Virus record (IMG/VR): IMGVR_UViG_3300045988_171124
DNA from: a virus
DNA length: 64,000 bases
Direction: 5' to 3' (one strand)
Shown here one piece after another: positions 26,345 through 34,810 of the stretch. Under the pieces are notes generated by a model that was not told where the DNA came from, did no database searches, and was given only the letters and a program-made list of their open reading frames with translations. Made by a program: the position numbers and the translations under genes. Each line of letters opens with the position of its first letter. Within the stretch, counting starts at the first letter, position 1.

Positions 26345-26551
26345 ATGAAATATAAGATAGGTCAAGAAATTCCAATAGTAATTAACAGCATATTTAAGCA
26401 AGGAAAACTTGTTGATACAACTGTAATAGTTCGGAAAATCATTGGTAATATTGTTTTTGTACAGATACCCATGGAGTATGATACATACCAAAATTTATAT
26501 GGTACAGAAGATCAGCTGGATAATTTGATTGAAAATAAAAGTCGTATTTGA
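26345..26551 (+). CDS. hypothetical protein
   Basis: Track ORF; TGGAGGTG SD. Confidence 0.65.
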   Translation: MKYKIGQEIPIVINSIFKQGKLVDTTVIVRKIIGNIVFVQIPMEYDTYQNLYGTEDQLDNLIENKSRI

Positions 26552-26565
26552 TTGGAGGAAATGTT

Positions 26566-27126
26566 ATGACGAGAGACGAATTACGGAAAGAATTAAAATC
26601 TGGTGTGAAATTAGAGGATATATTTGAATTCACAGATGGTCAGGATTGTCTGATTTATAAAGGAAAATTTCTTCCTGGTATTATTGGAGATGATATTTGT
26701 TATATTTCTGATCTTTCTTTAGTTGATATCCCAGTTAATAAGAGTATTGTCAAAAGTTATGAAATTGATAGCGTTATGGGTCGGTGTTATACAACAAACG
26801 ACTTTATAAAAGAATGCAATGGGCATGAAAATATTGCAGAAGATTTATTTAATTATGTTGATTGGCAAACTCCTGATATTAATGATTTTATGGAAGGGTA
26901 CGATGATAAGGAGCAGTTTTTTAAAGAATATAGATTTCCTATGGACGATTTGTTTGTAACAGAAAAAATGAAAGATTTATTATCCAGAATTGCAGATTTA
27001 GCAGCACAGGCTTCAGATGAGGTTTATGACGATGACGATGATAATGGAACCTATGGAATTCTTTCTCTTTGTGACCAGCTATATGAGAAGATTAATAGAT
27101 ACTTGGAGCGTGATAGCGATGACTAA
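26566..27126 (+). CDS. hypothetical acidic protein
   Basis: Track ORF trimmed to ATG 26566 after TTGGAGGA. Confidence 0.65.
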   Translation: MTRDELRKELKSGVKLEDIFEFTDGQDCLIYKGKFLPGIIGDDICYISDLSLVDIPVNKSIVKSYEIDSVMGRCYTTNDFIKECNGHENIAEDLFNYVDWQTPDINDFMEGYDDKEQFFKEYRFPMDDLFVTEKMKDLLSRIADLAAQASDEVYDDDDDNGTYGILSLCDQLYEKINRYLERDSDD

Positions 27127-27295
27127 ATATCAGCAAGCGAAAAATAAAATACGTGATCTGGCTGCAGATTGGCAGTCGGATTTTGAAAACAACAATTACT
27201 CCTGGTTGGAATTACTCCAATGGCAGGAGTTTTTTAGTACAAAGGCAAAACGATATGGATTGGTAAATGAATTTCGTGAGAACGGAATTATTTGA
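27119..27295 (+). CDS. hypothetical protein
   Basis: Track ORF 27017..27295 trimmed to ATG 27119, which overlaps the previous gene end by 8 nt. Confidence 0.55.
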   Translation: MTKYQQAKNKIRDLAADWQSDFENNNYSWLELLQWQEFFSTKAKRYGLVNEFRENGII

Positions 27296-27310
27296 AAGGA
27301 GAAGATATAG

Positions 27311-27523
27311 ATGAAAGAGACAATTGAGTATTTAAAAAAGGACCGGAAAGTAAATGACACTTTTATGAAAAAGCTTCAGAAAGTAGGATTTGAAATTGAT
27401 TATACACGATGTGGTTATTGGAATAATGTAGAATGCGTTCGGATTGGAAGAAGCTGCATACCCTTGTATGAAACACACTTTTCTGATAATGGAAATTCAG
27501 AGTCATTAGATTATAGATATTAG
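27311..27523 (+). CDS. hypothetical protein (TAG stop followed by 33 open in-frame codons)
   Basis: Track ORF; AAAGGAGA SD. See the finding at 27521-27625. Confidence 0.65.
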   Translation: MKETIEYLKKDRKVNDTFMKKLQKVGFEIDYTRCGYWNNVECVRIGRSCIPLYETHFSDNGNSESLDYRY

Positions 27524-27638
27524 AATGATGTAATTAAAGATATCTACAACGCACTTGAAAAAGAAAAGAAAAAGCAGAAGAATCAGATAAGATGGTTGAC
27601 GATTTCTTTGCAAAACTTGGATTAAAGGAGGGTTAACA

Positions 27639-27920
27639 ATGGAAATTGCAAGAATGTGGACACTGAGTACAGCGCATATTTCAAGAGAAACAGACAAATG
27701 GTTAATAGGGCAAGTAAAAGAACCGACTGAGGGATTATGCGTGTATAAAAAAACTGGTGGATATTTTGTTTATGTGCCAGATGATTTTGATTATGAAGAA
27801 ATGAATCTTCCGGAAGATATTGAAACAATAATTGCTTTTGCAATTGGATGTGGAGTAGATTGGATCTGTCTTGATTCCGATGGTCCGATTGAGAATGGAT
27901 TTAAAACATATGAATGGTGA
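27639..27920 (+). CDS. hypothetical protein
   Basis: Track ORF; AAAGGAGGG SD. Confidence 0.65.
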   Translation: MEIARMWTLSTAHISRETDKWLIGQVKEPTEGLCVYKKTGGYFVYVPDDFDYEEMNLPEDIETIIAFAIGCGVDWICLDSDGPIENGFKTYEW

Positions 27921-27929
27921 GGATAAATT

Positions 27930-28145
27930 ATGACTGAAATAGAAAAACAGAAATGTTATAAAGCAATGTGGGAAGGAATCAGGAACAGAAGAGAAGCACA
28001 AGAAGTTTTCAAGCGAACCAATATATCTGCGGTACAGATGAGGTTTGCTGATCAGAAAATTGGTTATGCTCAAGGAGTTAACCAGGCACTTGCTTACATT
28101 GGTTATAGACATCCAGATATGAAAATGTTATGGGATGTAATTTGA
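27930..28145 (+). CDS. hypothetical protein
   Basis: Track ORF; GGTGAGGA SD. Confidence 0.65.
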   Translation: MTEIEKQKCYKAMWEGIRNRREAQEVFKRTNISAVQMRFADQKIGYAQGVNQALAYIGYRHPDMKMLWDVI

Positions 28146-28158
28146 AAAAGGTGATTAA

Positions 28159-28533
28159 ATGAGAGAAGAATGGGTTTGTACAGATTCAGATAGCAGTCAG
28201 TATTGTAAGATAAATTCAGATGGAACATATAGTTTCATAGAAAAGGTATGGTTAGATACTTGTAAGGGAGATCCTGGATATCCAGATAAATCATATACAG
28301 TAAAAACTGCTTTTGTCGATCTCGATGATTATACAGAGCATGAAAAGGAATGTAATATTTCCGGATATTACGATTCTATTGAATCATTAAGAGAAATTTA
28401 TGATGATTATTCTGATCAGATTATTGCGGAATGTATTTTTGAAGAAATGACAGATGGCAGCGCTTCAACTACTGAAATGATGACAGAAAAAGAAGCAGAT
28501 GATTATATTCAGAAATACATTTCAGAAAGATAA
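28159..28533 (+). CDS. hypothetical acidic protein
   Basis: Track ORF; AAAGGTGA SD. Confidence 0.65.
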   Translation: MREEWVCTDSDSSQYCKINSDGTYSFIEKVWLDTCKGDPGYPDKSYTVKTAFVDLDDYTEHEKECNISGYYDSIESLREIYDDYSDQIIAECIFEEMTDGSASTTEMMTEKEADDYIQKYISER

Positions 28534-28560
28534 AATCGAGTTTTTACGGAGGTAGCAAAA

Positions 28561-28749
28561 ATGGGAACAACAGTTGGAGATTTGCTTTCATTACAAAATG
28601 GTTCTTTTGGAACAGTAAAAATATACAATAGAAAGGAAATATTTTCAGGATCTGTTAAAAAAGCCATGGAATTATATTCTAAGTACAATGTGGTGAGCTT
28701 TGGAACAAATTGGTATGAAGATTTGTGTATATATGTAGAAATAGATTAA
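28561..28749 (+). CDS. hypothetical protein
   Basis: Track ORF; ACGGAGGT SD. Confidence 0.6.
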   Translation: MGTTVGDLLSLQNGSFGTVKIYNRKEIFSGSVKKAMELYSKYNVVSFGTNWYEDLCIYVEID

Positions 28750-28788
28750 TATAAAATCAACTTTTTATCGGAGGAAGAGAAAAATAAA

Positions 28789-29049
28789 ATGGATTATAAA
28801 TATGATGTAAAAATAAAAAGTGGAACAGGTCAATATTATGATTATGATAATTGCGATTTATTACTTAAGAGATGTGAAACACATTTTCTTCCAAGAATAG
28901 GTGAAACAATTCAGATTAATTTATCTAAAGAAAAAAGGATACAATATTATAGTTTTTTAGTTCGTGATATTGAATATTGGATTAATGAAGATAAAAGTGG
29001 AATTTATGTTTATGTAATTCCACTTGATGGATATAAAATTAATGATTAA
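28789..29049 (+). CDS. hypothetical protein
   Basis: Track ORF; CGGAGGAAGAG SD. Confidence 0.6.
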   Translation: MDYKYDVKIKSGTGQYYDYDNCDLLLKRCETHFLPRIGETIQINLSKEKRIQYYSFLVRDIEYWINEDKSGIYVYVIPLDGYKIND

Positions 29050-29155
29050 CAATGGAGGAAGAGAAATGGACGATAGATATTTAAAGTATGTAAAAATTTG
29101 CGAGAGAGCAGAGTAGCTTGGTATTGATGAAAAAAATAATCGGATTCAGGCACTA

Positions 29156-29503
29156 ATGGATATAGAAAGTGCTGATAAAAAATTTAATTTGAAACTGGAT
29201 GAATTGTTAAATACCAGAATTTTCGATTTTGCACACGATTATTGTGGCATTCGAAATAATATTAATCGAAATGAATTTCCAGCAACAGACTTTGGATTAT
29301 TTGCACCACGATTTGCAAGCGAAAAGGAAAAGAAAATGGAGTTTCATGTAAATCTTGATTTTAATATGAAAATGCGTCCTGGAGAAGCTGAAGAAGAAGC
29401 AGAAAACAGATTCTATGAAACTCTTTATGCAGCAATGTGTAAGGATAATGATGAGTTTGATTTTACAATTTGCGAACAAGAAGCGAGAGAAATTCAGAAA
29501 TAA
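29156..29503 (+). CDS. hypothetical protein; probably the 3' part of a gene starting at 29066 and interrupted by in-frame TAG 29114-29116
   Basis: Track ORF, but there is no SD before ATG 29156. A strong SD (TGGAGGAAGAG) precedes the in-frame ATG at 29066. The two segments are separated only by one TAG. Confidence 0.6.
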   Translation: MDIESADKKFNLKLDELLNTRIFDFAHDYCGIRNNINRNEFPATDFGLFAPRFASEKEKKMEFHVNLDFNMKMRPGEAEEEAENRFYETLYAAMCKDNDEFDFTICEQEAREIQK

Positions 29504-29530
29504 AATACATGTTCTACGGAGAAATTGATA

Positions 29531-29794
29531 ATGAAAGAAATTAAGGTTTATTTATTCACAGAAGATGAAGCAACTGAAATTTTACAAAATATATTAGATA
29601 ATAAAACTTTGGTATTAACACAATATTTAGATTGTTTTGTAGCAGAGACATCAGAGCAGGAACTTGATGCCTCTCAAATTGATGAGAGAATGGCACAATA
29701 TTTAGAAATTGATTCTTGTGAACATCATGCGTTTATTAGTTATAATGGGAAAACTTATATGTGTGTTATTCCTACAAACGAAATTGGAGATTAA
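29531..29794 (+). CDS. hypothetical protein
   Basis: Track ORF trimmed to ATG 29531 after ACGGAGA. Confidence 0.6.
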   Translation: MKEIKVYLFTEDEATEILQNILDNKTLVLTQYLDCFVAETSEQELDASQIDERMAQYLEIDSCEHHAFISYNGKTYMCVIPTNEIGD

Positions 29795-29796
29795 AA

Positions 29797-30351
29797 ATGA
29801 CTAGAAGAGAATGGACTGCTGAAGAAGAGAAATACATGAATAAGTATTATTTACGCCAGCCTACCAAGCGAACTGCGAAAGTTCTTAATCGAAGTATTGA
29901 GTCTGTTCGTAAAAAAGCTGTACAAATGGGAATTAATACATATTATGATGGTTATTTAAGTGCTCATGTACTTGCAGAATGTTTTAGCACTAACACTCAA
30001 GTGATAAAACGATGGATAGAAAAATTCAATCTCCCAGCTATTAAGATAAATGATTCAAAACATAGAACTAGATATCAGATAGATCCAGAGAATTTTTGGA
30101 AATGGGCAGATGGTCACCGAGACGTAATTAATTGGTCTGGCTATGATTTATGCTCAATACTTCCGGAGCCACAATGGGTAGAATTTGAACAATCAAGATA
30201 TAAAACAAAACGGCATTGTAGAAAATTTACTGCAAATGAAATAGTGCAAATTAAGCATATGTTACGTAAGTGCATGACATATAAGGAGATAGCTGAAAAA
30301 CTTGGACGGACTGAAAGAAGTATTGAGGCGAAAGTAAGAAAAATTGCATAA
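29797..30351 (+). CDS. Myb/SANT-like HTH DNA-binding protein (two repeats)
   Basis: Track ORF 29761..30351 trimmed to ATG 29797 (TTGGAGA SD). REWTAEEEKYMNKYY...SIESVRKKAVQMGIN is repeated near the C-terminus as FTANEIVQIKHML...EIAEKLGRTERSIEAKVRKI. Confidence 0.55.
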   Translation: MTRREWTAEEEKYMNKYYLRQPTKRTAKVLNRSIESVRKKAVQMGINTYYDGYLSAHVLAECFSTNTQVIKRWIEKFNLPAIKINDSKHRTRYQIDPENFWKWADGHRDVINWSGYDLCSILPEPQWVEFEQSRYKTKRHCRKFTANEIVQIKHMLRKCMTYKEIAEKLGRTERSIEAKVRKIA

Positions 30352-30363
30352 GGAGTGATAAAT

Positions 30364-30681
30364 ATGATGAATTATAGACCTAAACATGGCGATATGGAAC
30401 TTTGGCTAATTTGCGCCGCGACTAATGGAGATAATGATAAAATTCTCGAAATGGTTAACGAGAAAGATGGAACATATCCGGTAAAATTTGAAGTTGGTGG
30501 AGTTGAATTGGATTTTTCAGTAGTTGCAAAGAGAATTGAGGACTCTATTGATGAGCTGGTTGCATCAAAAGCACAAGAATTTCTGGATGATAAATATGAA
30601 AATTTAATTAAGGGCATAAGTGACATCCAGGAGCGAATATATGATCAGAAAGAAAAGTTTTTCAAATATAAAGATGAGTGA
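30364..30681 (+). CDS. hypothetical protein
   Basis: Track ORF trimmed to ATG 30364, 8 nt after AAGGAG. Confidence 0.6.
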   Translation: MMNYRPKHGDMELWLICAATNGDNDKILEMVNEKDGTYPVKFEVGGVELDFSVVAKRIEDSIDELVASKAQEFLDDKYENLIKGISDIQERIYDQKEKFFKYKDE

Positions 30682-30686
30682 GGTAA

Positions 30687-30905
30687 ATGGAAATGGATCG
30701 GCTTGATAAAGTAATGAAATATCTCCATAGTAACACAGCTCAAGGACGGACCGATGGGGATCAGCTTATTCAATTAGCATGTAATTGTATTAAATATGCA
30801 GATTTCTATACAGGACGTAGTTCAAAGAACTGGACAGCAAGGGAATTATTCGATGGTGTCTTAACAGAGGACCAGATAAAAGAAGTTTTTGATTCGGAGG
30901 TATAA
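30687..30905 (+). CDS. hypothetical protein
   Basis: Track ORF; GTGAGGT SD. Confidence 0.6.
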   Translation: MEMDRLDKVMKYLHSNTAQGRTDGDQLIQLACNCIKYADFYTGRSSKNWTARELFDGVLTEDQIKEVFDSEV

Positions 30906-30906
30906 A

Positions 30907-31425
30907 ATGGATAATAAGAGAAATGGAAATAAAAAATATGTAATGATAGTAACGAGTGAAGATGATAGATACAATCCAAATGCTCCATACGATGGTGTTG
31001 GTGTACAGCTTGGATTTTTTGCAGATAACCCTTGGGAAGGCAGATTTGAATGTTGTATAGATGGAGATAGTTTTGGAGAATTATGCGAAGAAATGGAAAG
31101 AACTGATGTAGGAGGTCTTTTTTATCAGCTTTACGAGAATAAATATGGAAACCGCATTAGTTATGGTACTATCGATTATGATGCTATTCAGGATGAAATT
31201 GATGAATATGAAATTAAGAATGTAGATGATATTGATGCATCATCATATGACGTTCAGTATAGAGATGAAATACTTTTAAAAGCATATAACTTAGAATATG
31301 CAAAAATGTGTAAAAAATATTTCCAGGAAAAAATACTTAATGGTGCATTTGATGAGAAATGGAGTATTAGACCAGAAGAAAGAAGAGTTGTTGCAGATGA
31401 AATTGTCATTATTCCTGTAAACTAA
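30907..31425 (+). CDS. hypothetical acidic protein
   Basis: Track ORF 30889..31425 trimmed to ATG 30907 after CGGAGGT. Confidence 0.65.
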   Translation: MDNKRNGNKKYVMIVTSEDDRYNPNAPYDGVGVQLGFFADNPWEGRFECCIDGDSFGELCEEMERTDVGGLFYQLYENKYGNRISYGTIDYDAIQDEIDEYEIKNVDDIDASSYDVQYRDEILLKAYNLEYAKMCKKYFQEKILNGAFDEKWSIRPEERRVVADEIVIIPVN

Positions 31426-31470
31426 TGAAGAATATAAAATTGGTGTTATATTTATAAAAGGAATTTATAG

Positions 31471-31584
31471 ATGATGCATGAATTAAGAAAACTTTATATT
31501 GATTATAATTCAATATTCCGTCCATCAAAAGAAATAATACATAGAAATAAAAAAGCTATGGATAATATAGAACAGAATGTTTAA
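31471..31584 (+). CDS. small hypothetical protein (37 aa; TAA followed by 25 open in-frame codons)
   Basis: Not in track. ATG 31471 after AAAGGAA. See the finding at 31582-31662. Confidence 0.4.
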   Translation: MMHELRKLYIDYNSIFRPSKEIIHRNKKAMDNIEQNV

Positions 31585-31663
31585 ATAAGAAGACTGGAAA
31601 ATGGATTTGAAGCAAAAATTAAAGATTTAGATTTATCATTTATAGATAAGATGAAGGAATAAA

Positions 31664-31864
31664 ATGAAAAATTATTATAAACGAACTTTTGATGGAGCGG
31701 TTTTCTCAGAAGAAACATTAAAAGAATTTTTTGCACAGATATTACTTAAAGAAGAAAAATTTCATGCGTGGCTTAATGAAAATTTGACTAAGGGAAACAT
31801 TACAATTATTTCCAGAACTGAATATACGAGAAAATTAATAAATGATTATAATCGGATGAAATAA
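31664..31864 (+). CDS. hypothetical protein
   Basis: Track ORF; GAAGGAA upstream. Confidence 0.6.
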   Translation: MKNYYKRTFDGAVFSEETLKEFFAQILLKEEKFHAWLNENLTKGNITIISRTEYTRKLINDYNRMK

Positions 31865-31877
31865 ACGGAGGTATAAT

Positions 31878-32327
31878 ATGGGCAGTTTTAGTTGGTTAAG
31901 AGCAGATAAGACAACAAAGCGAAAAAATCTTACAAAAGGAGATCGCTACAAAATACTTATTCCAAAGGAATTTGGTGGTGGATTTATTAAAGACACATAT
32001 TATGATTATGGGTATGTTTTTCATGGAACAGAAAATGAAGCAGATTTATATGGGATTCTGGCATATTGGAATAGTTGTGAAGGAATGGATTATTCATACG
32101 AGTGTGGACATTATCCAAGAACTATGGAAGAAATCCTTAAATATGGGAATACATGTAAGCAGTCAAATCGCAGTCAAGGAATTAATGTTGGATGTGGTAA
32201 GGAATGCATTGATAAACTAAAATATCCTTTAAAGCTTGTTTCGGCTTCTTATAAGGGAGCTTATGAAGATTGTAAAGGTCGCAGTTATAATGATCCTGAA
32301 CAGGGATTTATAAAGACTTACTGGTAA
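31878..32327 (+). CDS. hypothetical protein
   Basis: Track ORF; ACGGAGGT SD. Confidence 0.65.
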   Translation: MGSFSWLRADKTTKRKNLTKGDRYKILIPKEFGGGFIKDTYYDYGYVFHGTENEADLYGILAYWNSCEGMDYSYECGHYPRTMEEILKYGNTCKQSNRSQGINVGCGKECIDKLKYPLKLVSASYKGAYEDCKGRSYNDPEQGFIKTYW

Positions 32328-32357
32328 TAAAATGAGAGTTTGATTGGAGGTAGACAA

Positions 32358-32927
32358 ATGGATTTATATGCATATTCACAGATTGAAAATGAAGAGATTA
32401 AGAGAATCGTCAAAGCAAATGGAATTGAAGTACCACGACTTCGTGGTTATAGATTAATGAAAGATGAAGAGCCGGTAACTAAGGATTCTATAAAAGGAAA
32501 CATTGATTGTGCAATAGTTGACGTAGTTGAATGGCTATGTAGGACTGAACCAATTTGGAATGTTAATGATCCTGGTAGATTGTATTCAAGTAGCACAGAT
32601 AGAAAGTGCCAATATTATCTAACAAAAGATGACCAAAAAGATTATGATTATTCTGGTATTCGCTGGGATAGAATTCATGGAAAGAAAAGGAAAATTCTTA
32701 AATTTGAAATTAAAAAGGCAAAAAAGAAAGTACTAGATCAGTTTAATACTTGGAATAAATATGCTGGTAGAGATAATGTACTTTATATCCATGCTAGAAT
32801 TGGTGGAAATAATTGGAATTTTTATGGTGGTTTTGAATTAGCAAGGCAACCGTGGTTTATTGAAAAAGTTGACGATTCTTTTGATAATACATACTGTGAT
32901 ATTTATGCTAAAATATCTGTGAGGTGA
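32358..32927 (+). CDS. hypothetical protein
   Basis: Track ORF trimmed to ATG 32358 after TTGGAGGT. Confidence 0.65.
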   Translation: MDLYAYSQIENEEIKRIVKANGIEVPRLRGYRLMKDEEPVTKDSIKGNIDCAIVDVVEWLCRTEPIWNVNDPGRLYSSSTDRKCQYYLTKDDQKDYDYSGIRWDRIHGKKRKILKFEIKKAKKKVLDQFNTWNKYAGRDNVLYIHARIGGNNWNFYGGFELARQPWFIEKVDDSFDNTYCDIYAKISVR

Positions 32928-32931
32928 TTTA

Positions 32932-33396
32932 ATGAACGATGGGTTTGAACCAATTGAAGAATATAATGGAGATATAATTTTGATAGAAAAATTACATGAA
33001 TTTATACCATCTGAATGTTGGGAATGGAATGAAGGTGAAGAAATATCTTTAGATGATATTAGTATCGCAATTATTGAAGCCATTCCGGAAATTTCAGAAC
33101 CATACGGAGATACTTGGAATCATCCTGTCTTAGAACATAAAGCAAGAGAATGGCATATTGGAAGAATTATTTATTTCATAAATCATCCAGAAGAAATTCG
33201 AGACATAGACATTGATAATCAATGTGAATGTGATCAAATACTGCCAATTCCGGTTATAGTAGATGGATGGCATAGATATGCCGCAGCTATATGGCTATAC
33301 GATCAAGGAAAATTAAAAGAAATACATTGTACGTATGGTGGAAGAGTAGATGTTCTTGAATATTTACAAGGAAAAAGAAAAAAGTTGGAGGAATAG
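32932..33396 (+). CDS. ParB/Srx-fold (ParB-like nuclease domain) protein
   Basis: 154 aa. PIPVIVDGWHRYAAAIWL carries the DGxHR signature of the ParB N-terminal/sulfiredoxin fold. GTGAGGTGA SD. Confidence 0.5.
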   Translation: MNDGFEPIEEYNGDIILIEKLHEFIPSECWEWNEGEEISLDDISIAIIEAIPEISEPYGDTWNHPVLEHKAREWHIGRIIYFINHPEEIRDIDIDNQCECDQILPIPVIVDGWHRYAAAIWLYDQGKLKEIHCTYGGRVDVLEYLQGKRKKLEE

Positions 33397-33400
33397 ATAA

Positions 33401-33517
33401 ATGGACGACATAGATATTGTTATAGAGATTGATGGATATACCATTAATGTAAATACAGATATGATTGAAGAAGATGTAATTCGGCAGCGAATGGGATTGA
33501 AACCAAAAGAAGTGTAA
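33401..33517 (+). CDS. small hypothetical protein (38 aa)
   Basis: Not in track. ATG 33401 after TTGGAGGA. A terminator follows. Confidence 0.45.
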   Translation: MDDIDIVIEIDGYTINVNTDMIEEDVIRQRMGLKPKEV

Positions 33518-33520
33518 GTA

Positions 33521-33550
33521 AGCGATCAGATTAGGTTCTGGTCGCTTTTT
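33521..33550 (+). terminator. rho-independent terminator
   Basis: AGCGATCAG (33521-33529) pairs with CTGGTCGCT (33538-33546; one G-U), then TTTT. Confidence 0.7.
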
Positions 33551-33580
33551 GTAAAAGTTGGATTTTACAAGAGAAATTTA

Positions 33581-33609
33581 CTGACAATACAAGATAAATG
33601 TGGTATGAT
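33581..33609 (+). promoter_or_regulatory. sigma-70 promoter with extended -10
   Basis: CTGACA (33581-33586), 17-nt spacer ending in TGG, TATGAT (33604-33609). The same TGGTATGAT word recurs at 36062-36070. Confidence 0.65.
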
Positions 33610-33655
33610 TTAAGAAATTAATTGTACGTGAAATAATTGAAATGGAGGAAAGAAA

Positions 33656-34414
33656 ATGGCACATTATGGAAATGATGATCGGTTTGATCATATCTTTTTT
33701 TACGATTCTGATGATTTCTTGAGTAGTAATAAGAAAATATTAGCATCTCAACTAGAACAATTTGCAGAAATGTTTGAAAAAGGTAGAAAAAGAGAGTTTG
33801 GATATTCAAAATTTATGCTTATTTATGGTTGTACAACAGATGACTATGAGAGGGACATTTTTAATTATGAATGCTTAGAGTTTAAAGGTGTCATGACAAA
33901 TGAAGAGAAAGAGTTTTTTAAGGAACTTTTATTTGTAAAAAATGCACAACCATACATAGATGCAGGTTATCTTGTATACGATGGAAAAAAGACTAAACCA
34001 CCTATACATGCATATGCTCCATCAACAACAGATGATTATTGGTTCCCAACTGAAAAATGTAAAATTGATTACGAAAAATATGTAGAGGAAAAGAAGCAGA
34101 AAAAATACAATGAAGCTTTGAGAAAAGCAGCGATAGAAGCAGGTGTATTATCAACTGATGGAACAGGTAAACCAGCAGAATTTTGTAATTCAGATTGTTA
34201 TAATAATATTCCTTTTTTCACAGCCGATCAGATTAAAATAGGATTAGGATTACTTGTTGTATCCGGAATACTTCTTATTACAATATTTGCACCTTTTATT
34301 GTATTAATTTGGGTTTGGTATCTTTGTGACGTTTATAAAGATTATAAACAAAGGCAATTTGCAGCAGAGCGATATTATAGAGCCACACATGGACTTCCAT
34401 ATAATAAAAAATAA
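33656..34414 (+). CDS. membrane-anchored hypothetical protein (moron-like unit)
   Basis: 252 aa; TGGAGGA SD. C-terminal TM stretch IGLGLLVVSGILLITIFAPFIVLIWVWYLC. Bracketed by its own promoter and terminators. Confidence 0.7.
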   Translation: MAHYGNDDRFDHIFFYDSDDFLSSNKKILASQLEQFAEMFEKGRKREFGYSKFMLIYGCTTDDYERDIFNYECLEFKGVMTNEEKEFFKELLFVKNAQPYIDAGYLVYDGKKTKPPIHAYAPSTTDDYWFPTEKCKIDYEKYVEEKKQKKYNEALRKAAIEAGVLSTDGTGKPAEFCNSDCYNNIPFFTADQIKIGLGLLVVSGILLITIFAPFIVLIWVWYLCDVYKDYKQRQFAAERYYRATHGLPYNKK

Positions 34415-34427
34415 TATTTACAATAGA

Positions 34428-34456
34428 AACAGCTTACATAAATGTAGGCTGTTTTT
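34428..34456 (+). terminator. rho-independent terminator
   Basis: AACAGCTTACAT / ATGTAGGCTGTT stem (one G-U), 2-nt loop, T-run. Confidence 0.7.
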
Positions 34457-34486
34457 GTATTTAAGAAAACCGGAGGTATAAGCGAA

Positions 34487-34795
34487 ATGAAGAATATAAG
34501 ATTATTACAGGCTGCCAATTCAGAATGCACAAATAAAGCTTTCATCATAAGAATGTGTGAATGTGTAAAGGATAGATTACTGGAACTACAAATGCGTACA
34601 ACATTTCGTCCTACAAGTGTTAATGAAGAAACGCTTAGTGAATGGGAAGAAGTTGCTGATGTAGCAAATGATATTATGAAAAAATATAAGGAGGATGAAA
34701 TTGATGATGAATTAGAAGATATGATTGTAGATATGAAAGAAAAAATATTGGATTATCATATGAATTATCAGGGAATAAGCAAATTGGTAATATAA
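34487..34795 (+). CDS. hypothetical acidic protein
   Basis: Track ORF; CCGGAGGT SD. Confidence 0.65.
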   Translation: MKNIRLLQAANSECTNKAFIIRMCECVKDRLLELQMRTTFRPTSVNEETLSEWEEVADVANDIMKKYKEDEIDDELEDMIVDMKEKILDYHMNYQGISKLVI

Positions 34796-34810
34796 AGTGA
34801 GGTGATAAAG

